A DNA stretch of 64,000 nucleotides from Patescibacteria group bacterium UBA1406 (GTDB taxonomy: Bacteria > Patescibacteriota > Microgenomatia > UBA1406): contig DBQA01000006.1 in assembly GCA_002305675.1 (NCBI GenBank), forward strand, positions 123,581 to 187,580, read 5' to 3'. Within the stretch, counting starts at the first letter, position 1. Each line of letters begins with the position of its first letter. A model generated the notes under the pieces. It was not told the origin of the DNA, ran no database searches, and worked only from the letters and a program-made list of their open reading frames with translations. Positions 50,683 through 60,264 of the stretch are shown in pieces. The translations under genes and the position numbers were made by a program.

Positions 50683-52022
50683 AGAAACTCTATGGCCGGG
50701 CAAAGGTTTTGATCCTGGGACTTGGATTGCAGGGCGGCGGTGCCGAATCGGCCCGTTTTTTTGCCGACCTAGGCAGTTCTGTCCTTGTCTCGGACCTCAA
50801 AAGCGAAGCGGAGCTTTCCCCCTCCCTGACCGGCCTCAGAAAATATCCCAACATCAGGTTCAATCTCGGACGCAACGACCTTGGGGATGTGAGGTGGGCC
50901 GACGTGGTCGTCAGAAACCCCGGAGTCAAACAGTCGTCCCCGCTTATCACCGAGGCCAGAAAGGAAGGGAAGAGCGTTATCATGCCGAGCGCCCTATTTA
51001 TAAAACACTGCCCCTGCTTCAGCATCGGCATCACCGGGACCAGGGGAAAAAGCACCACTACACGGATGGTCTACGACGCTTTGCAAAAAACCGTTTCCCA
51101 AAAAGTCCACCTCGCCGGCAATGTCCCCCACCACTCGGCGCTGAAGCTTGTGGGAACGGTCGGAAAAAACGACATCGTTGTCCTTGAACTTTCTTCCTGG
51201 GAACTCCAGGGGTTCAGGGAGATGGGCATCAGCCCCAATATCGCCGTCCTGACAAACATCTATCCCGACCACCTGAATTTCTATGACAGTATGGACGAAT
51301 ATATTGGGGACAAGCTCAATATCGTCAGTTTCCAGAAGGATACCGATCATTTCGTCACCGGTGTCGACACCTTCAATGAGATCGGATGGCGGATATCCAA
51401 TACCAGGAGCCGGATACACGTGGTGGCCCCCCATCATTTCCGCGGACAGTTCACACATCTGTTCGGCCAGCATAACCGGCTCAACGCCTCACTGGCCCTG
51501 AAGGTTCTGGAGCTTCTGGGAGTTGACAGCGGCCAGGCCACCCGCGAACTGTCCGGTTTCCGAGGATTGCCATTCAGACTGGAATACTTGGGTACAATAA
51601 ACAACGTCCCGTTCTTCAACGATTCCACAAGCACAACTCCGGTCGCCTGCCAAACGGCAATCAAAGCTGTCAGGGACAGACACCCCGAACGCCGGCTGAT
51701 ACTGATTTACGGAGGGAACAGCAAAAACCTGCCCTTCGAAGAGATGCTCACCGCCGTCGATGACAACGTTGCCGCCGCCTATACCCTGAACGGCTCCTTC
51801 ACCGCCGAGGTCAGCAGCCGTTTGAGTGCCCATATCCCCCAGTCAGGCCCATACCATGACCTCGGCAAGCTGTTTACCGATCTCATTGCGGAACTCAAAG
51901 GGGATGAGGTGGTGCTTTTCTCGCCGGCCGCCACCTCTTTTGCCACTTTTAAGAACGAGTTTGACCGGGGAGAGCAATTTAGCTATCATTTCCGAAAATG
52001 GCAAAAGACCAATGGGACGTAA
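50661..52022 (+). CDS. murD: UDP-N-acetylmuramoylalanine--D-glutamate ligase
   Basis: Mur ligase: N-terminal Rossmann [13 protein letters not shown]-loop GITGTRGKSTTT; start set to ATG 50661 (track ORF begins 50625), which gives a 22-nt overlap with mraY. Confidence 0.85.
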   Translation: MDCFPKIKKLYGRAKVLILGLGLQGGGAESARFFADLGSSVLVSDLKSEAELSPSLTGLRKYPNIRFNLGRNDLGDVRWADVVVRNPGVKQSSPLITEARKEGKSVIMPSALFIKHCPCFSIGITGTRGKSTTTRMVYDALQKTVSQKVHLAGNVPHHSALKLVGTVGKNDIVVLELSSWELQGFREMGISPNIAVLTNIYPDHLNFYDSMDEYIGDKLNIVSFQKDTDHFVTGVDTFNEIGWRISNTRSRIHVVAPHHFRGQFTHLFGQHNRLNASLALKVLELLGVDSGQATRELSGFRGLPFRLEYLGTINNVPFFNDSTSTTPVACQTAIKAVRDRHPERRLILIYGGNSKNLPFEEMLTAVDDNVAAAYTLNGSFTAEVSSRLSAHIPQSGPYHDLGKLFTDLIAELKGDEVVLFSPAATSFATFKNEFDRGEQFSYHFRKWQKTNGT

Positions 52023-53106
52023 AAAGGAAATCTTCAGCCTCAGGAACCTGTTCTTCATCATTCCCGTTCTCTTGACCATATTCGGTATCTTCATGATCTA
52101 TGAGTCCTCATCCGTCACAGCCAGCCGGATCTATGGCGACTCCTTTTATTTCGTCAGGCACCAGCTTAAATGGTTCATACTGGCCATAGGTGTGTTCTAC
52201 CTGTTCTATTCCCTTGACTATCATATACTGTACAACCTGTCGCTTCTCCTGCTCCTGGGGAACATCGTCCTTCTGATCCTAATATTCGTTCCCGGCTTGT
52301 CCACGACGGTTCTGGGGGCCAACCGCTGGCTGAATATCGCCGGCATCAAGCTTCAGCCGTCAGAGTTCACGAAGCTTACCCTCATCACCTACCTGTCGGC
52401 CTGGTTTACCTTCAAGGAAAGAGGCCGGTTCTTTGCTTTCCTGCTCCTGACCTCATTCCTGATAGGACTCGTTATGCTCCAGCCGGATATGGGCACGGCG
52501 GTCATTCTGGGGTCTTTGGCGGTCTTTCTGTATTTCCTGTCCGGTGCCCCCTTGTCCCACTTTTTCCTGTTATTTCTGATGGGTTCTCTGGCCGGGCTTC
52601 TTTTCATCATCACCTCTCCTTACCGCCTGGAACGGCTGATGACCTTCCTGCATCCGGAAACCGACCCCCAGGGAATAGGCTACCATGTGAAACAGATAAA
52701 TATCGCCCTCTCTCTAGGAGGATGGCTGGGCAGCGGCTTCGGCAGTTCCAAGCAGAAGTTTCAGTTCCTGCCGGAAGCACATACGGATTCTATCTTCGCC
52801 ATCGTGGGGGAAAATTTCGGCTTCATCGGCACCGCTATCATCATCTTCACCTATCTCCTGCTTTTTTTCCAGATCTACAAGAAGATCGAAAAGATCAAGG
52901 ACAGGCTGGGTTTTTTCCTGGCTTCCGGTATCCTCTTCCTCATGACCCTGCAGACTTTCATCAACCTGGGGGCCATGGTCCAAATCCTCCCCCTGACAGG
53001 CATCCCCCTGCCCTTTATCTCATACGGAGGCTCCTCATTGCTGGCGTTTTATGCTATGATGGGTATACTGTTAAATATTTTTAAACAGAGCAGTCAAAAG
53101 AAATGA
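52012..53106 (+). CDS. ftsW: SEDS-family peptidoglycan polymerase (FtsW by dcw position)
   Basis: Start at the internal ATG 52012 (MGRKKEIFSLRNLFFIIPVLL); the upstream 62 codons of the track ORF overlap murD; 10-TM SEDS motifs (LQPSEFTKL, GGSSLL). Confidence 0.85.
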   Translation: MGRKKEIFSLRNLFFIIPVLLTIFGIFMIYESSSVTASRIYGDSFYFVRHQLKWFILAIGVFYLFYSLDYHILYNLSLLLLLGNIVLLILIFVPGLSTTVLGANRWLNIAGIKLQPSEFTKLTLITYLSAWFTFKERGRFFAFLLLTSFLIGLVMLQPDMGTAVILGSLAVFLYFLSGAPLSHFFLLFLMGSLAGLLFIITSPYRLERLMTFLHPETDPQGIGYHVKQINIALSLGGWLGSGFGSSKQKFQFLPEAHTDSIFAIVGENFGFIGTAIIIFTYLLLFFQIYKKIEKIKDRLGFFLASGILFLMTLQTFINLGAMVQILPLTGIPLPFISYGGSSLLAFYAMMGILLNIFKQSSQKK

Positions 53107-54206
53107 ACGATGCCAAGGTCAAGAAATTCCTGATCACCGGCGGACACCTGTCGCCGGCCCTGTCCCTCCTCGAGTTTCTCCTCCTGCAAAAACAGCAGGT
53201 AGTCTTCGTTGGCCGCAGGTCGGCCTTCTCGGAACAGAAGGACCTTAGCCTGGAATTCAGGCTTTTAGGGCATCGGGCCGACATCACCTTCTACACCCTG
53301 GAAACGGGTCGGTTCACCAGGACCCTCTCTCTGGGCCTGGTCCGGGAGCTGTTCAAAATGATTGGTGGCGTGGGCAGGTCTATATCCATCCTGAGAAAAG
53401 AAAGACCTTATATCGTCATGTCCTTTGGCGGCTATTTGTCGCTGCCTGTCTGCCTGGCGGCCTTTTCTCTCGGCATCCCGGTCTATCTCCACGAACAGAC
53501 CATTGCCCCTGGGCTGGCCAATAAACTTATTGGGTTCGTGGCTAAAAAGGTGTTCGTGACCTTTCCCGAGACGGCCGGCCACTTTCCTCGCACCAAGACC
53601 AGGGCAATCGGTATGCCTCTGAGAAGGGAGTTGTCTGTGCAAACCAAACCCGGTTGGTTCAAGGAATCAGGCAAACCCCTCATTTTGATCCTCGGCGGAT
53701 CGAGCGGATCACATAGTATAAACGTACTGGTGGAAAAGACACTTCCCCAACTTCTCCAGGACTTCCAGGTCATCCATCAGACCGGTGACAATGCGTATGG
53801 GGATTTCGAAAGGCTGTCTAAACAAAAGGACCCATCCTACACTCCGGTCGACTTCATCACCCCGGAGCACATGGCCTACCTGTACCGGAAAGCCGAACTG
53901 GTCGTGTCCCGCATCGGTGCCAATACCTTTTTTGAACTGATCCATTTTGGCAAACCCGCTGTACTGGTTCCACTGCCGTGGTCCGCCGGCAATGAACAGC
54001 TTAAGCATGCCCGAATCCTGGAAACAGCCCGAACGGCCAAGGTCTTCCTTCAGGGTCAGCCGACAGAGAAGTTTTACTCTATAATAAACTCTGCCTACCG
54101 GGAACGGAAGACATTAACCAACAATTATGAACATCTACAACGATACCGACAGCTTATCGTTTCACCGCAAGAGATCTACCGGGGCCTTTCCGTCGAGCTC
54201 GTCTAA
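53103..54206 (+). CDS. murG: UDP-GlcNAc:undecaprenyl-PP-MurNAc-pentapeptide GlcNAc transferase
   Basis: 367 aa; ITGGHLSPALSL N-terminal G-loop; GT28 C-terminal domain; ATGA overlap with ftsW. Confidence 0.9.
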   Translation: MNDAKVKKFLITGGHLSPALSLLEFLLLQKQQVVFVGRRSAFSEQKDLSLEFRLLGHRADITFYTLETGRFTRTLSLGLVRELFKMIGGVGRSISILRKERPYIVMSFGGYLSLPVCLAAFSLGIPVYLHEQTIAPGLANKLIGFVAKKVFVTFPETAGHFPRTKTRAIGMPLRRELSVQTKPGWFKESGKPLILILGGSSGSHSINVLVEKTLPQLLQDFQVIHQTGDNAYGDFERLSKQKDPSYTPVDFITPEHMAYLYRKAELVVSRIGANTFFELIHFGKPAVLVPLPWSAGNEQLKHARILETARTAKVFLQGQPTEKFYSIINSAYRERKTLTNNYEHLQRYRQLIVSPQEIYRGLSVELV

Positions 54207-54879
54207 CTTCCTGCCGGCCATCCTATGCCTGCTGGGCCTGGCCGGTGGATTCCTTTTTTCCAAGATCTTTTCGGTAACCGCCATCGAAAGTTCAGCCAAA
54301 CTGGACCAGGCGTCCCTGAAGCCTTACCTCAACCGCAACATCCTGTTTCTGAACGAGCGGAGAACCGCCGAGGAACTCTTGAAAGCAAACCCCTTATACA
54401 GGGAAATACGGGTCCGTAAAGAATTACCCAGCAAACTCCATCTGGAAGTGCTCCCGGAAAGGCCATTTGCCCAGCTAAAGAACGGAGAGGTATTTCTGAT
54501 CCTGACCGAGGGCGGCAAGGTCATCTCCAGTCAACCCGGAACCGCAAGCGAGCTTCCCACCCTCACCTACTTCCAGACATTAAGAAGCTTTGAAACGGGG
54601 ATCGGCCGCAGACTGTCACAGACCGGGATCCGCTATGCCCTAAAGCTTGCCGGAAAAGCTAAAAAGCTCCCTTTCACCATTGCCAGGATTGACATCCCCA
54701 CCCCCTCCAGGGTCAAGATCATAGCCGACGGGGAGCCTTTAGAAATAGTATTCTCGACAAAAAAAAGGATTGATAAAAATGTTATTATATTGCAGAATAT
54801 TACTAAATCTTTGGACATAAAAGGCGTAAAGCCGAAGGTTATCAATTTGGAATTTGATAAGCCAATCATCACTTTATGA
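54127..54879 (+). CDS. ftsQ: cell division protein FtsQ/DivIB (POTRA)
   Basis: 250 aa; single TM then POTRA-like region (IREIRVRKELPSKLHLEVLPERPFA); sits between murG and ftsA; 80-nt overlap with murG, no alternative start before the TM helix. Confidence 0.7.
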   Translation: MNIYNDTDSLSFHRKRSTGAFPSSSSNFLPAILCLLGLAGGFLFSKIFSVTAIESSAKLDQASLKPYLNRNILFLNERRTAEELLKANPLYREIRVRKELPSKLHLEVLPERPFAQLKNGEVFLILTEGGKVISSQPGTASELPTLTYFQTLRSFETGIGRRLSQTGIRYALKLAGKAKKLPFTIARIDIPTPSRVKIIADGEPLEIVFSTKKRIDKNVIILQNITKSLDIKGVKPKVINLEFDKPIITL

Positions 54880-56171
54880 ATAATATCTCCGCTATCGAAC
54901 TCGGATCCGAGAAAATTGCCTGTACCATCGCTTCGGTCGAAGACACCCCTGAAAAAAAGGTCCGTATCCTAGGTTTTGCCTCCATTCCGAGCCGAGGAAT
55001 TAAAAGGGCCCAGATCGTCGACATCCAGGTGGTAACCAAGAACCTCGAAGAGTGCCTGACCCAGGCGGAACGGATGGCGGGTACGCGTATCAACAACGCC
55101 GTCCTGGTCACGAGCGGCCCAAGCATCGCCTCTCAAACGTCCCACGGGATAGTGGCCGTCACTTATCAAAACCAGGATATATCTGAAGAAGACGTTGGAA
55201 GGGCCATTGAGTCGGCTAAGGCTATCTCGCTGGCCAGCACCAGGGAGATCATCCACGTCATTCCCCAGCAGTTCATCGTCGACGGCCAGGCCGGCATCAA
55301 GAATCCTATCGGTATGACGGGGGTCCGGCTGGAGGTTGATACGCATATTATCTCCGCGAGCGCCATCAACCTGAACAATATCCGCAAAGCCTGTAGCATC
55401 CTTGGCGTCAATGTGGACGGGATCATATTCGCCGGCCTGGCATCGGCCCAGGCGGTGGTGACAGACACCGAAAAGGAGCTAGGCTGCGTACTCGTCGATA
55501 TCGGCGCCGGAACCTCAGACATCTCAGTGTATGTTGACGGGTCGCTGGTGCACACTTCCGTCATCCCGCTCGGCTCCAAGAATGTCACATCCGATATAGC
55601 CGCCGGCCTGAGAGTGTCTTTGCCTTCGGCCGAAAAGATTAAACTTTCGCTATCGACCGCCGACAGAAAAGCGACCCGTAATTCCGGCAAAAAGACTGAG
55701 GACGCGCTCGGCGACGAACTGTCCCTCAACTCCCTTCATCTGCCGGAAAGAATGAGTAGCGTTTCCAGACAGGTCCTCGTCAACGGTATCCTGAAGCCTA
55801 GGTTGGAGGAGATAGCCGAGTTCATCAACAACGAGCTGACCAACAACCAGCTGAAAGATCTGATCCCGGCCGGGGTCATCATTACAGGCGGCGGTGCACT
55901 GACACCCTACATGGACGAGGTATTGGGCAAGGTCCTTGGGCTGCCTGTCCGAATAGGCTATCCACCTGAACTTGACGGCATTGCCGACGAACTTAAGGAA
56001 CCGTCGTATTCTTCCCTGGTCGGGGCGCTACTGTACTCAAGCACTCAGGAGGAAACCCCCAGGTCGATGGCCATCCCGAACATCGCGAACGTTTTCAAGA
56101 ACATCGAGATCAAGGACAGCTTTCAAAAAATGGTAGACTTCTTTAAAAGTTTCATTCCCGGGGCAAAATAA
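54876..56171 (+). CDS. ftsA: cell division protein FtsA
   Basis: 431 aa actin-fold; IAIELGSEKI, VDIGAGTSDISVY, ITGGGALTP motifs. Confidence 0.93.
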   Translation: MNNISAIELGSEKIACTIASVEDTPEKKVRILGFASIPSRGIKRAQIVDIQVVTKNLEECLTQAERMAGTRINNAVLVTSGPSIASQTSHGIVAVTYQNQDISEEDVGRAIESAKAISLASTREIIHVIPQQFIVDGQAGIKNPIGMTGVRLEVDTHIISASAINLNNIRKACSILGVNVDGIIFAGLASAQAVVTDTEKELGCVLVDIGAGTSDISVYVDGSLVHTSVIPLGSKNVTSDIAAGLRVSLPSAEKIKLSLSTADRKATRNSGKKTEDALGDELSLNSLHLPERMSSVSRQVLVNGILKPRLEEIAEFINNELTNNQLKDLIPAGVIITGGGALTPYMDEVLGKVLGLPVRIGYPPELDGIADELKEPSYSSLVGALLYSSTQEETPRSMAIPNIANVFKNIEIKDSFQKMVDFFKSFIPGAK

Positions 56172-56177
56172 AAAATT

Positions 56178-57236
56178 ATGCTGATTAAGCCGGACGCCAA
56201 GAAAATCGCCAAGATAAAGCTCGTCGGAGTGGGCGGCGGAGGTTCGAACGCCGTTTCCACAATGGTCGGCTCGGAAAAGGTCGAAGGGGTGGACTTTGTG
56301 GCCATAAATACGGATGCCCAGGCCCTGCTCATGAACAAGGCCGATGCCAAGCTCCAGATCGGGGAAAAAATAACCAAAGGATTAGGGGCGGGAGGCGATC
56401 CGGAAATAGGCAAGCAGGCGGCCGAGGAGTCCCGGGATAAGATCAACGAATACCTGGAAGGGGCCGACCTGGTTTTCCTCACCTGCGGCGAAGGGGGAGG
56501 CACGGGGACCGGAGCAGCCCCAATAATTGCCGAGGTCGCCAAGCAGTCGGGTGCCCTCACTATTGCAGTCGTCACCAAGCCGTTCAGTTTTGAAGGCGGC
56601 AAGCGGATGATCGTAGCCAACGAGGGCATCACCAAGCTGAAAGAGAAAGTGGACGCCCTGATCACCATCCCCAACCAGAAAGTGTTGGAGGTGGGTGACA
56701 GGAAGATAACGCTCCTCGATGCCTTCAAAGAAGTGGATTCCGTTCTGACCCAGGGTGTCAAGGGCCTGTCCGAAATAATCACCCTTCCCGGCCTCATCAA
56801 CGTTGACTTCGCAGACGTGAAGACCATCATGCAAAACGCAGGAACGGCCATCATGGGCATCGGCATCGGTTCGGGCGAGCGGCGCTCCCTCCAGGCGGTC
56901 AAGCAATCCATGACCTCACCACTCCTCGAGTTCTCGATAGACGGCGCCAAAGGTATCCTATTCAACATCGTGGGCGGTGAGAACCTGAGTATGCAGGAGG
57001 TCAGCGAGGCGGCGGAACTGATAACCAAGAATGCCGATCCGAACGCCCAGATAATTTTCGGGGCGGCCATCGATCCCGCCCTGACGGACGAGATAAAAAT
57101 AACGCTCATCGCCACCCGGTTTGACGAACAGAAGACCAAGAAACTATCTCCCTCGCCTGCCCCGGACTCCATGGACGGCGATGACGGTCTGGAGGAACTC
57201 GAGATCCCAGCCTTCCTACGGAAAAAAGTGGGTTAG
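56178..57236 (+). CDS. ftsZ: cell division protein FtsZ
   Basis: 352 aa; tubulin signature GVGGGGSNAV; T7 loop region NVDFADV. Confidence 0.98.
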   Translation: MLIKPDAKKIAKIKLVGVGGGGSNAVSTMVGSEKVEGVDFVAINTDAQALLMNKADAKLQIGEKITKGLGAGGDPEIGKQAAEESRDKINEYLEGADLVFLTCGEGGGTGTGAAPIIAEVAKQSGALTIAVVTKPFSFEGGKRMIVANEGITKLKEKVDALITIPNQKVLEVGDRKITLLDAFKEVDSVLTQGVKGLSEIITLPGLINVDFADVKTIMQNAGTAIMGIGIGSGERRSLQAVKQSMTSPLLEFSIDGAKGILFNIVGGENLSMQEVSEAAELITKNADPNAQIIFGAAIDPALTDEIKITLIATRFDEQKTKKLSPSPAPDSMDGDDGLEELEIPAFLRKKVG

Positions 57237-57251
57237 ATAACGGCCGAAATG

Positions 57252-57260
57252 ATGTATAAT
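57252..57260 (+). promoter_or_regulatory. possible -10 element (TGTATAAT) 7 nt upstream of the ileS ATG; would imply a leaderless or very short-leader ileS transcript
   Basis: Read directly: gaTGTATAATacgcattATG (ATG 57268); no convincing -35. Confidence 0.3.
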
Positions 57261-57267
57261 ACGCATT

Positions 57268-60264
57268 ATGACCGGTCAAAAGCTTCCAGTAGTCCCCAAC
57301 TTCCCCGAGCTTGAGAAAAAATGGCTCAGCCATTGGGACGAGCACGGGACAATGTCTAAATATACGGCGAAAAATAAAGACTCAGGGAAAAAATTCTCCT
57401 TCATTGACGGACCCATTACCGCCAACAATCCCATGGGCGTCCACCACGGCTGGGGTCGTACGTATAAAGACCTGTGGCAGAAATTCCACAACCTCCTGGG
57501 ATTCAAGCAAAGGTTCCAGAACGGCTTCGACTGCCAAGGGTTGTGGGTGGAGGTGGAGGTGGAAAAAGAGCTGAAACTGAAAAGCAAGAAGGACATTGAG
57601 AACCTTGTGCCCGGCGATAGGAAGGCCTCCGTGGCCAAATTCGTCAGCCTGTGCAAGGAAAGGGTGCACAAATATGCCAATATCCAGACCCAGCAGAGCA
57701 GGCGCCTGGGTTATTTCATGAACTGGGACAACTCCTACTTTACCATGGCGGATGAGAATAACTACATGATCTGGCATTTCCTGAAGGTCTGCCATGAGAA
57801 CGGTTGGATCTACAAAGGCCGGGAGTCCGTGCCGTGGTGTCCCCGCTGCGAGACCGCCATCTCTCAGCACGAAATGTTGACGGAAGATTACAAAGAAGCT
57901 ACTCATGAGTCCATCTATCTGGAACTGCCCCTTCAGGATCGTGAAAAGGAATTCCTTCTGGTCTGGACCACTACCCCCTGGACCATTCCCGCCAATATCG
58001 CGGTGGCCGTGGACGAAGACCTGGAATACTCCCTGGTTGAAGGAACGACCGGCGACCGGTACTGGATCGTTAAGGAGGCGATAGGCCGCGTCTTCGGAAC
58101 AAGCCGCAATAGGACCGTTAAAACTGTCAAGGGACGGGCGCTGGTAGGCCTAAAATATAAAGGCCCGTTCGATGAATTGGACGCGGTTCAAAAGGTAGCC
58201 CGTGAAAACCCAAAAACTTTTCACAAAGTCATCGCTACCGACAATAGCATACTACCCGTGACCACGACCGAAGGTACCGGCCTTGTGCACACTGCCGTCA
58301 GCGCCGGGACAGAGGATTTCAAACTGGGCCAGAAATACGGCCTGCCGATGATCCCCGTCATCGCCGACGACGCCAGCTACCTGCCCCACATGGGATTTTT
58401 AGCCGGACAGAACGCCAAAACCAATCCCCGCCTTATTCTGGATTATCTTCAGGAAAGAGAAAAGACTCACGGGGAAAACTGGGTCTTCAAGATCGAAGAT
58501 TTCACCCATCGCTACCCCGCCTGCTGGCGGTGCAAGACGGAGCTCGTCTGGAAGGTGGCAGACGAGTGGTATATCGCGATGGATAAGAAATCCAAAAACC
58601 AAAATCCTAAAGCCAAAGACAATCAGACACTGAGAGAAAGAATGATCGAGGTGGCAAAGTCGATCCACTGGATACCCAAGTTCGGGTTAGAGCGCGAGCT
58701 TGACTGGCTGAATAATATGCACGACTGGCTGATAAGCAAAAAGAACCGGTATTGGGGCCTCGCGTTACCCATATACGAATGTGAAAAGTGCGGCCGGTTC
58801 GAGGTTATCGGTGGTCGTGATGAACTGAAGAAAAGAGCGGTGAAAGGCTGGGACAAATTCGAGGGACACACTCCCCATAAACCTTGGATAGATGAAGTTC
58901 AAATAGATTGTACATATTGCCAGAGTAGAAGCCTTAGGATAGGCGACGTCGGTAATCCGTGGTTGGATGCCGGTATTGTACCCTACTCCACCCTCATTGA
59001 CCCCAAGACCGGGCGGGTAAGCTATACTGACGACCGGAAATACTGGCAGGAGTGGTTTCCGGCCGATTTCATTACCGAGAGCTTCCCCGGGCAGTTCAAA
59101 AACTGGTTCTACGCTCTGATAGCGATGTCCACTGTTCTTGAACGGACACGCCCGTTCAAAACAGTGCTCGGTTATGGCACCCTCCTAGACGAGAAAGGCC
59201 GGCCAATGCACAAGTCGTGGGGTAACATGATAGAGTTCAACGAAGGAGCGGACCGGATAGGAGTTGATGTCATGAGATGGCTGTATGTGCGGCATGACCC
59301 GAAAAAGAACCTATTGTTCGGTTTCCAAAAAGCCGAGGAGACCAAGAGGGAATTCCACATCCCGCTCTGGAACATCCTGAAGTTCTTCCTGACCTACTCG
59401 GAACTCGACGGCTGGAAAAAACCTTCCCGGCCGGGAAAGGACCTGGACAAGGCATCCCTGGCCCTCCTTGATCGCTGGGCCCTATCCAGGCTGAAGAAGA
59501 CCGAAAAACAGGTCAAGAAATACCTGTCCGACTTCGATCCGGAAAAGGCCTCGGGAGCCCTCGAGGAACTCGTCGCGGACATCTCCCAATGGTACGTGCG
59601 CCTCAGCCGGAACCGTGTCTGGAACAACAGCGCCGACGACAAGGATAAGGAAGCATTCTACTCGGCGCTTTACTACATCCTGCATAGCTCCATCATACTG
59701 CTGTCGCAGTTCTTGCCTTTCTTTTCCGAGGAGATATATAGCCTCCTTGGGGGTGAACAAGCATCCGTCCACCTAGAAAGTTGGCCGGTGATTGCCGAAG
59801 GCCTGTATTCGAGACCTTTGAACGAGGACATGAAAAAGGTGCGGGCCATCGCGGAACTTGGCCACTCAGAAAGAAAAAGGCGGGAACTGAAAGTCCGGCA
59901 GCCTCTGGCGGGGGCCGTTTTCACCCTGGACGATAAGCTATTCCCCCAAATGTCCGGAAATCTGGCCGGTTACGAGGATCTCCTATCGCAGGAACTCAAC
60001 ATCAAAAAGGTCACTTTCCAAAAAGGGGCCAAGTCGGCGGCGAAATTGGATACCACTATTACCGACGCGCTCAGATGGGAGGGTGAGATCCGCGACCTTA
60101 TCAGGAAGATACAGAAAGAAAGACAGACGCTGGGTTACAACGTCAAAGATACGATCAAACTGGTCATACCCAAGGTACCGGAACAATACGTCGATCTCAT
60201 TAAACAGAAGGTCCTGGCCACCGAGATAGAGCTTAAAGACGTCAACAAGATTGAAATAAAGTAG
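57268..60264 (+). CDS. ileS: isoleucyl-tRNA synthetase (long, type-2-like form)
   Basis: 998 aa class I aaRS; HIGH-like PMGVHHGWG, KMSKS-like PMHKSWGN, WCPRCETAIS zinc/editing motif; ends with TAG at 60262..60264. Confidence 0.8.
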   Translation: MTGQKLPVVPNFPELEKKWLSHWDEHGTMSKYTAKNKDSGKKFSFIDGPITANNPMGVHHGWGRTYKDLWQKFHNLLGFKQRFQNGFDCQGLWVEVEVEKELKLKSKKDIENLVPGDRKASVAKFVSLCKERVHKYANIQTQQSRRLGYFMNWDNSYFTMADENNYMIWHFLKVCHENGWIYKGRESVPWCPRCETAISQHEMLTEDYKEATHESIYLELPLQDREKEFLLVWTTTPWTIPANIAVAVDEDLEYSLVEGTTGDRYWIVKEAIGRVFGTSRNRTVKTVKGRALVGLKYKGPFDELDAVQKVARENPKTFHKVIATDNSILPVTTTEGTGLVHTAVSAGTEDFKLGQKYGLPMIPVIADDASYLPHMGFLAGQNAKTNPRLILDYLQEREKTHGENWVFKIEDFTHRYPACWRCKTELVWKVADEWYIAMDKKSKNQNPKAKDNQTLRERMIEVAKSIHWIPKFGLERELDWLNNMHDWLISKKNRYWGLALPIYECEKCGRFEVIGGRDELKKRAVKGWDKFEGHTPHKPWIDEVQIDCTYCQSRSLRIGDVGNPWLDAGIVPYSTLIDPKTGRVSYTDDRKYWQEWFPADFITESFPGQFKNWFYALIAMSTVLERTRPFKTVLGYGTLLDEKGRPMHKSWGNMIEFNEGADRIGVDVMRWLYVRHDPKKNLLFGFQKAEETKREFHIPLWNILKFFLTYSELDGWKKPSRPGKDLDKASLALLDRWALSRLKKTEKQVKKYLSDFDPEKASGALEELVADISQWYVRLSRNRVWNNSADDKDKEAFYSALYYILHSSIILLSQFLPFFSEEIYSLLGGEQASVHLESWPVIAEGLYSRPLNEDMKKVRAIAELGHSERKRRELKVRQPLAGAVFTLDDKLFPQMSGNLAGYEDLLSQELNIKKVTFQKGAKSAAKLDTTITDALRWEGEIRDLIRKIQKERQTLGYNVKDTIKLVIPKVPEQYVDLIKQKVLATEIELKDVNKIEIK

